Source: the human T2T-CHM13v2.0 reference genome, Homo sapiens
DNA: 64,000 nucleotides
Assembly: GCF_009914755.1 (NCBI RefSeq)
Contig: NC_060932.1
Strand: one strand, 5' to 3'
Within the stretch, counting starts at the first letter, position 1, and each line of letters begins with the position of its first letter. The translations under genes and the position numbers were made by a program. This document shows, piece by piece, positions 1 through 15,775 of this stretch. The notes below the pieces were generated by a model. That model made no database searches. It worked only from the letters and a program-made list of their open reading frames with translations, and had not been told where the DNA came from.

Positions 1-347
<347 letters not shown>

Positions 348-1993
348 TTAAAGCATTCAAGGGGGTCAGAGTCTCCAAGCTTTGTAAGCTAAGAGATAGC
401 TTGTACTCTGCTTGGTATAATCCCTCTCATGGTGGGAATTTTATCCGGACATTCCATTATCAAAGATCTTGAAATGGTAATAGTATGGAGATACTAGATA
501 AATGTAATGTGACTTAAAATATCATTGTAATAATAATTTTTAAAATACTCATACTCTTCCATTTGGGGGTAAATTACACCTAGAATAGTATTCTCATTCT
601 TATTCCTCAAGAAGAATTAATATTCTTTTGAGTCCTGTAATCAGTCATACCTAGTTTTGAGTTGCAATTAGGTAACTTCAATTGATGTGTTTTTATTGTT
701 GCCACTGGAGACATATATCTATAGTAGAGAAAATTATAGGAATTTAAAGCTGAACACATTTTGATAAATGATAAGCATATAACAAGGAGTGTTTGCACTT
801 GATTAGTTTCTTAGGAGTTGGACAGAAACAATCTTGAGCTGTCTCTCTTGTTGTTCAAGAATATAAAAAAACAGTAGCTCAAATGTAGTATCATTATTAA
901 CGGAATCTTATTTAAAGAATGATATGTCATTACTATCTCTATTTGAAAATGGCTTGGCCTGAAAGCCAAAGCCATTATAATTACATTAATGTTTAAAAAA
1001 AGCGATAATTGCCATAATAGGTATGAATTATTTCTATATTTCAAAGATAGATTAATGCTAGACATATCAAAATATGTTAACTACACTGAGAGGTCAAGAT
1101 GAAATACGGACATTCCAATGAATGAATTGTCATAAAGGCAAGGTTCAGCATCCGTTCTTGATTTAAAAAAATTCTTAGTAAAAAGACAAGAACTTTTAAA
1201 AGTTTGACATAACATATCTGAACTCAACTACCGTTAATATTCTTAATGGTAAAATATTTCAGGCATCCCTAGCAAAATAATTGTTTTTAAACTACTAACC
1301 TATACAGTAAGAAAAAACACGTCGATTGCAAACAATGCAGTTGTCAACTTGGAAAATCCAAGAGATTAAACTGAAAAAAATATAAAGGTAGCAAGAATTC
1401 AGAATGGTGGTCCATTAATATATAAAATCAATATCTTTTCTATATTAAAAACGAATCTATCAGATAACAGTGTTGGAAAGAGTCCATTAATAACAGAAAC
1501 TAAAAAGTTAACTAGAAATATACTTTGGGGTAAGAAAGGCCATTTTACCCATGACACTGAATTAGAAACCATAAAGAAAAAGATCAAGTCAGATTTCTGA
1601 CCTTAAAAAAAAAATCTTAACCCAGTAAATGAAATTGTCAGGCAAAAAACAAACTGGAAAAATACTAAGTATATATGAGTTAAAATTAACATATAAAGAG
1701 TTATTGTAGATCAATAAGAAAATGGGTAAAAGTCATGAACAGTTATTTTGTTTAAAAAAATTTAAATAGCCAACAAACACCAAATGTCACATTTTACTGG
1801 TTATGAAAAATCTGATTAAGATGCTAATCCCATTTTACCTGTAAAATCAGAATATATTGAAAACAACCTCTGTGATGGTGGAAGTGTTGTGACCTGGTGT
1901 TCATATGAGATGCAGGTGGAAGTGGAAATCAGTGTTATTTTCTGTAGAGCATTGTGTACCTATATTAGAAAAACCTTAAAAACATGCATCTTG

Positions 1994-2300
1994 GGCTGTG
2001 TGAGGTGGCTCAGGCCTGTAATCCCAGCACTTTGGGAGGCCAAGGCGGGTGGATCACCTGAGGTCAGGAGTTTGAGACCAGCATGGGCAACATGATGAAA
2101 TCCCGTCTCTACTAAAAATACAAAAATTAGCCGGGCGTAGTGGCACGTGCCTGTAATCCCAGCTACTTGGGAGGCTGAGGCAGGAGAATCGCTTGAACCC
2201 AGGAGGCAAAGGTTGCAGTGAGCAGATCGCACCGTTGCACTCCAGCCCTGGGGACAAGAGTGAGACTCTGTCTCAAAACAAACAAACAAACAAACAAACA
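1994..2300 (+). mobile_element. AluS with (CAAA)n tail
   Basis: Alu dimer; TSD ATGCATCTTG. Confidence 0.92.
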
Positions 2301-3211
2301 ATGCATCTTGTTTTGCCTAGCAGTTCTACAATTGGGAATTTAGCCAAAGTAAATAAATCATATATTAAAAGAGATGTGAATTAGGATGTTCATTGTGGTG
2401 TTATATGTATAAACGAAATTTGGAAGCAATCTGTATTTCCAAATAAAAGTAGGTAAATAAGTTGTGATACCGCATATAGTAAAAGGGCATTTACTGTCAT
2501 CAGAATACACTTGAACAAGAAAATAATAACAAAAGATGTATTGTTTTTGTTGTACTTTGTTGTAGTCTGAATTTTTCACTGTTAAAACTCTTTGTTTTTG
2601 TAAGCAGAACAAGGTATTTTTAAAGTGGAAAGAAAGTGTTGTGAAGGCTGATCTTGTAGAAATGTTTTCCTAAGATGCTTCTACCATGTCTGATCATGTC
2701 TATGTGGTTAAAATCCTGGCTCCTGAACTCACTAGCTCTGTGACTTGGGCAACTTCTCTGTGCCTTATTGTCCATCTGTAACTATGTATTAGAATTGTAC
2801 CTACTTCAAAGAGTTGCTGTGAGGATTAAAGGAATTTATATGTGTACTTGGAGTAGTCTTTACATACAGCAAGGGCTCAATACATTTTATGGTTAATAAA
2901 GTAAGATGACTTTTTGGTGTGAACCATGGGAAAACTTCTACTCAGCTTTCGGTATCAGAAAAAGCTATGCATCTCCTGAAAAATATGTTTTAGTTAATCT
3001 AAAAATATAGTAAGCTTTAAAGCTTATTATGCTTCCTTCTTGCTTAGCTGCTAATTCATAAATTTTTAAGCCAAATTCACCAACTATACCTTACTATATA
3101 GTAAGGTATACCTTAACTATCCTTTACCAACTATACAGGACCAGATACATTTTCTCTGTGCTCATTTAACTCATTACTTTATTGTTTTATCACCAAAATT
3201 TCCCCTTATAC

Positions 3212-3399
3212 TAGGATTGCTGGATCAAATATATGACACTCAGTTAAATTTTAATTCCAGATAAACAATGATTTTTTTAAAAATAGTGTTTTTCAACTAT
3301 TACATAGAACATACTAACATTAAAAAATCATTTGCTATTTATCTCAAATTAAAATTTAACTATAGTCCTGTATTTTACCTGTGAAATTTGGCACCGTTA
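3212..3399. mobile_element. MER53-like palindromic hAT MITE
   Basis: Ends taggattgc...tttggcaccgtta; internal inverted repeat cagttaaattt...aaatttaact. Confidence 0.65.
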
Positions 3400-4464
3400 T
3401 CTGATCCATTATGTTTATTTATTATTTAGTTGCTTCAGATCCTTTGTGGGATAATACTGGGAAATGAATAAACGAATATATAAATGAAAAAATGAATTAA
3501 AAAATATGCCCTGGGTAGAAGAAAACTTTGGAGATATTTCCTTAATCTCTGAGGGAAGGATTTCAGAATTTCTCCTCTGTAATGACCTAGTAATAGAATT
3601 GTAATCTACAATTTGTAGAATGGTCTTTTAAATTAATACAGAACATTCATTGTTTTTTCCCCTCCAATTCTGCCTCTCTCCCTTTCTCCCTCCTTCTTTC
3701 CTTTCCCTTTCTTTCCCTTCTTTTTCTAAAAGTTTTTTAATGTTAAAATTTTTATTATTAATTATTATAGATACGTAATAATTATACCCTTTCTTTTTTC
3801 TTCTTCATTTTCTTGTCTTCCATTTATCGTCCTTTCTTTCTTTTGCTTGTAGCTCTTCTTTCATTGATATCCCATTGAAAATGAACAATTTGGAAGAGTT
3901 TTAGATTCACTTATATTAGGAAAAAGAAGAACTATGAGAAAAAGATGAAAGGATTAGGGGTTATTCAACCCAGTGAGGGGAAGTCTGAGTACAAAGTGGT
4001 TTTTCAAATTCTCTTGGATCACCAGTAGAAAGGTCCTATATATTTGTTCTTTGTAGGCAATATAAGACAACAGTAGGAGTTTATGTGAACTTTATGTGAC
4101 AAATATGGGAGGAACACATTACTGGCAAGGACATTGGGATTGATGATAATGCTAATTTCAGGTAAAATTATGAAATTTATCCACTTGGGAAATTCACTAT
4201 GCAATTTATGTCCATAGGGAAGAGTCACAAAGTACATTCTGAAGTTCTCTTCCAAATATTTCAAATCATTCTGTCCATTTACAGCATCTTCTAAAAAGTC
4301 TTTTCCTCATCAGTTTGTATTTTAGAGTGAAATGCACGATGCTCTAGGGAATTAATTACTTCCTGACAATACTAATCCATGTTGGCTTATTCGCCTGTCC
4401 TAAATGATTACATATACTTTATTTTCAGCCTTCTCAAAAATGTTCCTGTTCTCTCTGTTTCTAG

Positions 4465-4501
4465 GTGGCTGCTACACCCCATGTAAAAAGCGGAAAATAA
4501 A
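4465..4501 (+). other. COL14A1: 5'UTR part of exon 2 (37 nt)
   Basis: Pyrimidine tract plus ctag|G acceptor ending at 4464; main ATG at 4502. Confidence 0.85.
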
Positions 4502-4589
4502 ATGAAGATTTTCCAGCGCAAGATGCGGTACTGGTTGCTTCCACCTTTTTTGGCAATTGTTTATTTCTGCACCATTGTCCAAGGTCAAG
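4502..4589 (+). CDS. COL14A1: Exon 2 coding part: signal peptide MKIFQRKMRYWLLPPFLAIVYFCTIVQGQ (88 nt, ends phase 1)
   Basis: ATG with A at -3; basic n-region and hydrophobic h-region; donor AAG|gtaatt. Confidence 0.95.
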
Positions 4590-4803
4590 GTAATTGAAAA
4601 CTTTGAGAATCAGTAGGGTCTGGGACTCTAGCTTTCTTGTTTCTGATTATCATTTTATTTTATTTATCCTAACAATATGTCGGCTTTTACTGAGTTTTAC
4701 CAACTGTTTGCACTGTAGAAATATACACATCTTTGATGAGGATTACAACCTCACCAGTGACTGAGCATAGTGATTTTGTGGCAATTGGTTAAATAGGTCA
4801 TTC

Positions 4804-5089
<286 letters not shown>

Positions 5090-5526
5090 TATTCTTAAAG
5101 TGCTTCTGAAAAGCCTGTGCAAGTTTAATCAGTGAAAGTCAAATTTTTATGTTATGATATCAGTTATATTAATAATGCTCTAATAATTAAATTGCTTTAT
5201 GAATAAAGCCCTATTTTTACAGCTGTATTAATAAAGAACTGTAATGTGAGTGTGTGTGTATCCTAATCATGTCTTGTCTCTTACATAATGTACAGGATAT
5301 TTCTATCATTTCATACCTGGTCCTTGATTTTGCCCCTTTTCTTAAAAACTGAGCACATAGTCTGAACATTATAAGGGCCTGACAGAGCCTGCCAATATGC
5401 CATTTCAAGCATTCCTAATGATTTCTAGCTTTGTTTTAATTAAACTTAATTTGTGAAATCTGCTCTTTGCATTCCTGGGATGGGAACTTTTATTTTTGAT
5501 TTCCATTCATTTTTATAAAGTAAGTC

Positions 5527-5732
5527 TGGGGCTGAAAAACTACCTGTGGGCCAAATCTGGCCCACTGCCTATTTTTATAAATAAAGTTTTAGTGGCGCAC
5601 GTCATGCACATTTGTTTACATATTGTCTGTGGCTACTTTCATGCTACAGTGACAGAATTAAACAGTCATGACAGAAACTATGTGTCCCGCAAAGCCAAAA
5701 ATATTTATCTGAAAAGAATGTGCTAACTTCTG
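5527..5732. mobile_element. MER58A-like hAT-Charlie MITE
   Basis: gggccaaatctggcccactgcctatttttataaataaagtttt core. Confidence 0.7.
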
Positions 5733-6347
5733 AATATGCACAACTGTGCAAAGTGATATTATTAGACAAACATGGGAATCTACAGAGACTGAAGTGTTGG
5801 TGATGAAATGTTATTTATCAGCTGAGCAAGGAATTGTAAATGTGATAAAGTGATTTTAGGAATGCTAATGTCTAATGTTTGGCATTGAGGGTTGTAGAAA
5901 AGATCAATGCATGAACCACCACACACTGTTTCCTTTAAGGGAGGCGTACCTGTTTGGAAAGGAATGGAACTTGACTTTTTGCATCCACAAATTGCTATTA
6001 TACACCTGGGGTTAAGGAACTGTATTTCCAACTACTTCATTGAACACACAGCAGGCAGTTTGGTAGACACATTCTGCTTATGTTATTTATGTTGATGAAA
6101 GAATGCTTTTAGCTGTGGCAATTAGGAAATTCTAGATCACTTATCTTCTAAACTCCAGGATACAAGACACAGATTCTTAGAAACAAAGGGCGGGCAAGTT
6201 GCTAAGCCCTCCAGAGTTGCTATCTCAGTCTAGCATAATTCAGAAGTGGTAATTTGTGGAATAACTGATCATATATAGCTCTTACGGGATACTTTCAAGG
6301 ATGCTGTCTACCAGATGAATATTGTTAGCCAAATTCTGTTTTTTCAT

Positions 6348-6651
6348 TTTTTTTTTTTTTTTGAGACGGAGTTTTGCTCTTGTTTCCCAGGCTGGAGTGC
6401 AATGGCAAATGGCGCAGTCTCGGCTCACTGCAACCTCTGCCTCCTGCGTTCAAGCAATTCTCCTGCCCTAGCCTCCCAAGTAGCTGGGATTACAGGCATG
6501 CGCCACCAAGCCCAGCTAATTTTGTGTTTTTAGTAGAGAGGGGGTTTCACCATGTTGGTCAGGCTGGTCTCGAACTCCTGACCTCAAGTGATCCACCCTC
6601 CTTGGCCTCCCAAAGTGCTGGGATTACAGGTGTGAACCATCGTGCCCAGCC
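6348..6651 (-). mobile_element. AluS
   Basis: TSD CCAAATTCTGTTTT. Confidence 0.92.
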
Positions 6652-8021
6652 ACCAAATTCTGTTTTAAGTGAACACTTATGGGGCATATTCTATGTGTCA
6701 AGTTCAAGATACAAAGCTAAATAAGACCTATTTATTTATTTATTTTTTGCCTTCAACCAGGTTACTGTGTACTAGGGAGACAGGGCTGTAAGCAAATAAA
6801 TTGCAATATAAGTTATGTTGGGGGTGAAGTGTGGCAGAGACAAAGATGGAAAGATAGATTGCAGCCAGATTATGGAAGATTTTAAACAACTCTGTTTTTG
6901 AGAAAAACACTCTAATAGCAATATCGATGATTCTCATATTTGCAACTCATGGGGGTTTGAGGGATAGGAACAAACAAGTCATGAGAGATCATTAAAATAT
7001 ACTAAATTGTCCATGAAATAGGTGTTGAAGGCTGGAAGTAGGCAATGTGATTAGAGAGAATGCATCTAAGAATCATTTAAGGGGTATAAGAGAGAAAAGT
7101 TGTCTGCTGATTATAAGTGGAGACAGACAAAAGATAGGGAAATATTGAAGATAAATCAAGTTTCTTGATGGAGACCTGAGCAGATAGGGTCTTTCATCTT
7201 GACCCCTGTGTCATTACTGCTTCTATATCTTTGCATTGTAATTGTTTATTTACCTCAGCTCATAAAAGCCAATAGTTCTCTCTTTAGTGTCTGTATCTCC
7301 AGTACAGAGCAATGTTTCAGTCATAGTAGACATTTGTTGAAGAGTTTAAACAAGTAGAAGACAATGAGTTCAGTTTTAGACAAATATATGGAGCTTAAGG
7401 TGTCTGTGGGACATTCAGGTGGAGATGGCTGGTAGGCAGTTGGTGGTCTGGAGTTTAGGGAAAAAAGATCAGCGCAGGAGATTATATTCGAATTGTATTT
7501 TATTTAGGAATTCACTTATAAGGATTTTTGAAGCCTTAGAACTAGAATTAGGAAGGGATATCAAAGTGGAAAGAGGTGAGGATGAAGTCTGCCAAACATC
7601 AATAGAGTTCAATAAGAGTTTAATAGAAGAAAAATGACTGATTGAAAGAGTAAAAAAAAAAAATCCAACATCAATTATAAGGAGAGTCAGGGGAATGTAG
7701 TGGATGATAAGTGAAGGCTGGAGAAATTTTCAAGAAGGAAGATGGTGGCTGCACGCTGGGGGAAACCTCAATAAGAAACGCTTTAGAGGCCTTTGGTTTT
7801 GCTGATTAGGAAAATATGAGACCTTTGAGAAACCTCATCTTATTTCTACCATTACGCCTCTTATTTACGTGACTGATTTTGAGCAAGGAATAAAAAATAT
7901 GAATTGCTTTATTGGATTGATTTTCTGCTTTTAAAGCAAATTTAGTAGTGAGTTCCTGTGGGTTGGCCAAATTTGACATTAATTTGCAAAGCCAAATAGA
8001 CATTTTCAGAGAAAAAAAAAT

Positions 8022-8824
<803 letters not shown>

Positions 8825-8847
8825 GCTAGTATTAAAAGACATTCAGT

Positions 8848-9164
<317 letters not shown>

Positions 9165-9844
9165 TTAATTCTTGCTCCTTAATTGCTAATCCACAGAATG
9201 TGCTTTACCATTTAGTCTCTCCATGGAATATTTTATGAAAAATGTTCCCTCTCCAGGACCTGTGAACCTACATTGGCTCAAATAACTGTTTAAACCTGGA
9301 TTATTCCAGCATCTTCTTTTCAAGACAACTTGTTAAATGAACTAGAATACAGAAAAAGTAGTGTGATGGCTGTAGGAGAAAAATGCGTACAGCAATAACA
9401 GAGTGATGGGATCCACACTTTCTTGGAAATTTCACAGTAAATATGTACCTGGTTCTAGCCATGTTTGTTTTGGATGGTTACAGGAGGGAGCCACTGAAGG
9501 TAAAATAACTCATTTAAAAACCTCGACGCATAGAAAATTGGAGACTTCGCATAGGGGCTAGCTTTAACTTTATAAAGACCTCTGTGTTCACACGTTGACA
9601 CATATTTCTTGCTGTTAGTAGCCAAACACATTTGAAAAGTTGAGAATATTTTCCTTACAGCTGTTTTCAGCATCTTTATAATGGATCATGAAATTACAAC
9701 ATATGAGGTTCTAAACCACATTAAAAAAAAATCCCTGTAGCATATCCTACAGTAAAAGTCTCTCAAAATTTAATTGCTCCGATTTATAAAACATTTAGGC
9801 AGTACATTTAACTGAAAAAAATGACTAACATAAAAAGCTAAAGT

Positions 9845-10141
9845 TTTTGTATTTTATTTTATTTGTTGAGCCAGAGTCTTGCTATGTCGCCCAGGCTGGA
9901 GTGCAGTGGTGCGATCATGGCCTCCACGTCCTGGGCTCAAGTGATCCTCCTATCTCAGCCTCCTGAGTAGCTGGGACCACAGGCCCATGCAACCACACTC
10001 AACTGATTTTTGTATATACTTTTTAGAGATGGTGTTTTGCCATGTTGCCCAGGCTGGTCTCAAACTCCTGGGCTCAACGAATCTGCCTGCCTTGGCCTCC
10101 CAAAGTGCTGGGATTACAGACATGAGCCACTGTACCCCGCC
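9845..10141 (-). mobile_element. AluJ
   Basis: cctgggctcaa J-type diagnostics. Confidence 0.88.
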
Positions 10142-12833
10142 AATAATCAAAAAAGAATTTTTTTGTTTTTAGATTACTTGGAAAAATAGCCAAATACTTT
10201 TCTGCTGTTTAAAAGTCTTTTAAAAATAAATATAATTGGTTGCCCTATCAACTTAGCATCCTAAAATATGTTTTAAAGAGGTAAAAACTCTCAATGTGAT
10301 TCATGCTGCATTATCTTTATCAGCCAGAAATTTTTGGTTGTGAATAAAATAAATTTTCTCTGGTCAACTAAGCAAAAATGTATTCACCAGTAGGTAATGC
10401 AGTAGCTCATATAATCAAAGTAAAAGTAAATAATCAAGCTTTGAAAAGGATAGGAATCTGGGAAATCCTCTGGGATACAGTCTGTAGAAACTAGTGACCA
10501 TTTTCCTTAGGGCATGTCATTGGAATGACTGGAGTTATTTTCCATCCTTGCATCACTGGAGTCAAGTTTCAGATTCTTGGGAGAGTCTGCTTGACCGGGT
10601 TTAAGTGATTTTCCCAGCCTTTAGCCGGGGGAGGATGGTTGGCCCTATGCAGTGGGGGAGGTAGTGTTGTTCGTTGGAAGAAAACCAGGATGCTGTCATA
10701 TAAGGAAGAGGAGATGCGATTATGGGTAGGGAAGAACACAAGATGTCCATTTCAGTGTCCCTATGTAAAAACTAGCGTTTTAATAAACAAATGTGAATAT
10801 TTTATTAAAATAAGTATCTTTACGTAGATTGTCACTTGACAAAACCATAAGCGTTCAAATTCAGATGAGAAGAAAGGAAGGAAAGAAGGAGGGAAGAAAG
10901 GGACAGCCAAAAGTCAACTCTTTAATGAGTAGATTATGAAACAGAATTTCGTAAATGCTTGATAATAGTGAGGCTTCAATGACATGACATAAACATTTCT
11001 CTCCTGCCTATGAGCCTCTATGGGAATGATTGCAGTGGTATTCTTTGAGCTTAAAGAAAATCTTCCTTCACAAACAAAGCACAACACAGCACAGCAGAAG
11101 AAAAATGCCCCTACACTTTCAGTAACAAGCCTAACTCTGCAGTGGAGTGGAAGATAATGGGTAGCCGCTCCTCAGTCTTCCCCCTCAGTCTCCCTTTGGG
11201 ATGATGTTTATATATTCACAGATCTTATATCAGGCCTAATCTCATGTGCAATCTCATCTTTTACACTTCACCATGCAAAGGATGAGTCTGTTGGTTTCCT
11301 CTGGGCTCTTGGTGTGTGCTGGAAATCAAACTTTACACTTGATGTTCGTCTTTTTTAAAAGATTAGGATTTGAACTGACATAAATTAATTTTTCAGTCAA
11401 GTTCATGCAAGCGTTTATAATTATTAATGGAAGTTAAGTATATGTTAAAAAAAAGTACTTCCTTTGTGCTTGCAAACAGAAAAATCATGGGTCTGGTATA
11501 AAATGTACACAAAGTTTTGTTCCATGAGATAAGAGCAATTATTTCTCCATGGCACTTAAAGCATTTCTGTCAATCCTGCCGCCCTTGCTTTGGCTCCAGT
11601 CCCAGTGCCTTCTGAAAGGGGGAAAAAACCTAACTTTGAAATCCACAGCTGTGACCTCAGGCCTCTTTCTTTTTTAACTAGCATTTCTTCTTTTCAATAT
11701 TTTCTACCCTAAAGGCAAAAACCTAAAGAAAATGTGTATGTTATGTTTAACCAAGATCTCCTTTTGATGACTGTGAGGGTATTTATGCTTCTATAGGCAA
11801 TAGATGTGGTCTGTTGCTAAAAGGTAATAATGATATTGTTTTTGGCTAGCAGTTATAATGGGAATGTAGACAGTTGAATCATTTGTAAATTAATGAAAGA
11901 GTAGAGTATTGATGGATTTGGTCGTTGCATTTGCTTCAACAGTTTTACACTTTGTTTTCTTGAGCAATTGAATGGAAGCCGATGCCACTCTTGGTTCTAG
12001 AACACCATCCAGATTACCTGAACATGCTCCACGTTGCCCTCATTTTCTACTGGAGATTTGGAAGCCAAATCTTAGTCTATTGACTAAGAGATGTTGAGGG
12101 CTATAAACTCAGATGACATTTAAAGAATAGTAGCATGGATAGAAAATTTAGTAATTTTTAACCTAGGAATCCTGAATGTTGTTTGCTGTTTTGAGATGTC
12201 AACACACCTGGAGTGCTAATGGAATCAATGACTCTCTTGGAATTTCCTAGATTGAAGCCTCCATCCTATTTGTACTTTTCCACTTGATGGTTCCCCAGAC
12301 AGCTTTCTTTCAGCAGCTCATTCATGCAAAAACTTGGGCGATGACATTTACTAGTCCACTGACTTGATTTTACTCAGAAACTTGCATATATTTTTAATAT
12401 TTAAAAATTCTTACTTTTAATTTTCTTCCATAAGTAATAAGAACCTATCTATTAATAAATTTTCTTCTCAAGTTGATGACTAAGCAAAATAGTAACAGTT
12501 TTCTGTTCATCCAAATGTTAGGTTCAGCACCTTCCTCTTCCATTTGAAAAAAGTTATTCTTATGATAAATTTATGCTTTCTCATTAGCCAGAGAAATGTA
12601 AACTCTTTCTTCCATTCATGTCACATTGAGAACAGGAAGCTAATGTTTTTATTCAGCATGGCTAGCATTCTCTACTTAGAGATAGTAAAGGACAAATAGA
12701 AAGAAAATCTATTCTTAAGATTGTGTCTTTCAGTGCTTACTGATTTGAGATGCTTTCATCTGATTTCATACTGATTTCAGTTTGTGGAGCAGTAAATTCT
12801 TCATTCATCTAGCTCAATGAAGGGTGACTTCTT

Positions 12834-13126
12834 TTTTTTTTTTGAGATGGAGTCTCTCTCTGTCTCGTCCAGGCTGGAGTGCAGTAGCCTGATCTCAGCT
12901 CCCTGCAGTCTCCGCCTCCTGGATTCAATTAATTCTCCTGTCTCAGCCTCCTGAGTAGCTGGGACTACAGGCGTGTGCCACCACACCTGGCTAATTCTGT
13001 ATTTTTAGTAGAGATGGGGTTTCACCGTGTTGGTCAGGCTGGTCTCAAACTCCTGACCTCAGGTGATCCACCCGTCTTGGCCTCCCAAAGTGCTGGGATT
13101 ACAGGCATGAGCCACCCTGCCTGGCC
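12834..13126 (-). mobile_element. AluS
   Basis: TSD AGGGTGACTTCTT at 12821-12833 and 13128-13140. Confidence 0.92.
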
Positions 13127-14361
13127 GAGGGTGACTTCTTAATATGAATCATCTTTCAAAGAAACAGTGCATTTCATCTGGGGTCAGAGATTGTCCTTCA
13201 TCAGTATGTGAACTTGGGCAAGTGCTTTAGTTGCACCTTGGTTCCTTTATCTATAAAATTGGAATAGCAATGTATGTTTCGAAGATTAAGTGAGCTTTTA
13301 AGCTGAATCATTACATGAAGTAGGGGAAAGGGAACAAATATTTATTGACTCCCTATTATAATGCATTATATTCATGATATCCATTATCCTATTTAAAGTT
13401 GTCATCTCTCCTTTGCAAAAAGTATTGCCATCACCTTTTCTAAAAATAAAGAAACTCAGGTTTTGGAAGAAACAATAACCTGCTCAAGGTTATTAGCTAA
13501 GTGGTAGAACCAAGAATGAAACTAACAGCCAAACCCCATGTTATACCCCATGCCTATGTAGGAGAATGTTTGTTTCTTTTCTGTACACTCTGTTTTTTAA
13601 AATGAGAAAGAGAGACTGGGCTTAAAAGTGGATAAAAAAGGCTAACTTTTCCATGAAGTATTAACTTTTCTTTTCTAACAAACTAATTTAGAGAGTATGT
13701 AATAAAAACGTTCTTAGCTTTTTTGAAATACTGGAACATTTGTGTAGTGTTCCAGAAATGTGTTTTGAAGTTTGAATGACCTACACAAAAAGTAACACAA
13801 AAATGAGTACATTTTTGTAAACTGTCAGAAAAGATAAAACATTCTGGGCTGATTCATGACCATGTGCTTTGTATCTTTCTGACAGGTATAAATCAGCTAT
13901 CCTTGAAAACTGGATCCAAGTTTATAAAACATAATTATTTTACTTGGTCTTGAATGCCTTTACAATCATTTTCTCAAATGTTTTTAAATGAATATCTTAT
14001 TACCATAATATATCCGTAATAGCCCTCTCAAATTATCATATAATCAAAAATATTGAATTACCAAAGTGAAAAACCTAAGGACAAACAACAGGTCTCAGTA
14101 GAGTAGATTATAGAAGCTCACATGTTTCAAGGAGAAAAATTTATCCTTGTAACATAATGAAAGCATTTTACAAAATTAGCTTCAATTATTAAACTAGGCT
14201 AGAGTATTACATTCTAACACTTGGTCTTAGTTCTTTGTCATAAGGTCACTACTGTTTGACAAATGGATATCCCTTGGGTAAGAAACAAATGCCTTTAGTT
14301 TTGTGTTATCTTGCAAACTGATCAGTTCATTAGTGAGGTTGTAAAAAATAATATATATTAT

Positions 14362-14702
<341 letters not shown>

Positions 14703-14787
14703 TTATTATACTACTTTGACTTTCTGATTTAACAAATAGAAGCTTAAATGTTACAATGTTTACATCATTTTTGTTCTTCCTTTTCAG

Positions 14788-14904
14788 TGGCTCCACCCAC
14801 AAGGTTAAGATATAATGTAATATCTCATGACAGTATACAGATTTCATGGAAGGCTCCAAGAGGGAAATTTGGTGGTTACAAACTTCTTGTGACTCCAACT
14901 TCAG
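14788..14904 (+). CDS. COL14A1: Exon 3: FN3-1 first half ([39 protein letters not shown]), 117 nt
   Basis: ttttcag| acceptor, CAG|gtaaaa donor, FN3 Trp/Tyr pattern, frame continuous. Confidence 0.96.
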
Positions 14905-15775
14905 GTAAAAACAATTGACTTTGTTTTGTAGAGCATTAGCAACTTTTCATGCATAGGCAACTAAAAACATGTAGTGCCAAGCATTGTGTTAGGATTTTTT
15001 GGAAGCTTTTGGTTTGTTTAATCTTCAGTGTTTAAAATCTTACCCTCTAATCAAGGTAATAATGTTCCCCAAAGAGTAAAGAATGACTCTTGGCTCCAGT
15101 TCTTTTTAGACCAAATAATCAGACAATCAACAAGTTTTATTTTCTCTGTTTAGTCATAAAATGAATACTTTGAATTCATTGGAACTTAAATATACAATGC
15201 ACCTGAATGTCCAATAGTTTTAACTAGTTGAATAAACTATTATTAATTAACTCAATAGAATAATATTCAGCATTATACATTGAAATTAGAAAGGCTAAGT
15301 GGACATTGTGAAAATAAGTGATAAGGCAGGAAAAACATAAGTTGAACACATTTTTTGATCATGAATAGTTATTTAAGGATGCTTTAAATTAAGCATCTTT
15401 ATTTTAAAGATGATACTTAAATGATGCTTAAAGATACTTTATTATTTAAAGAAGCTTTAAATTAAGTGTCTTTAAATAATGAAGTATCTTTCAACATCAT
15501 TTGGTTGAATTTTTCTTTCTCATATTTTATGTTTTTATTATATGAATATAATAAGCTAAAATAATACAGACCATATAGGGAAATTGCCTCTGCTACATGG
15601 TTGTTATGAAGATGAAGATGGGATCAACAACTGGATTGCTTGAATTCAAAACTCGATTCTGTCACTTATAAGTAGTGTGATTCAGGCAAGTTAATGACTC
15701 AGTGCCTCAAGTTTCTTCTATACAATGAGCAAACAATATTTGTACCCACCCCATGGAGTTTTCTATGAATTTGCA

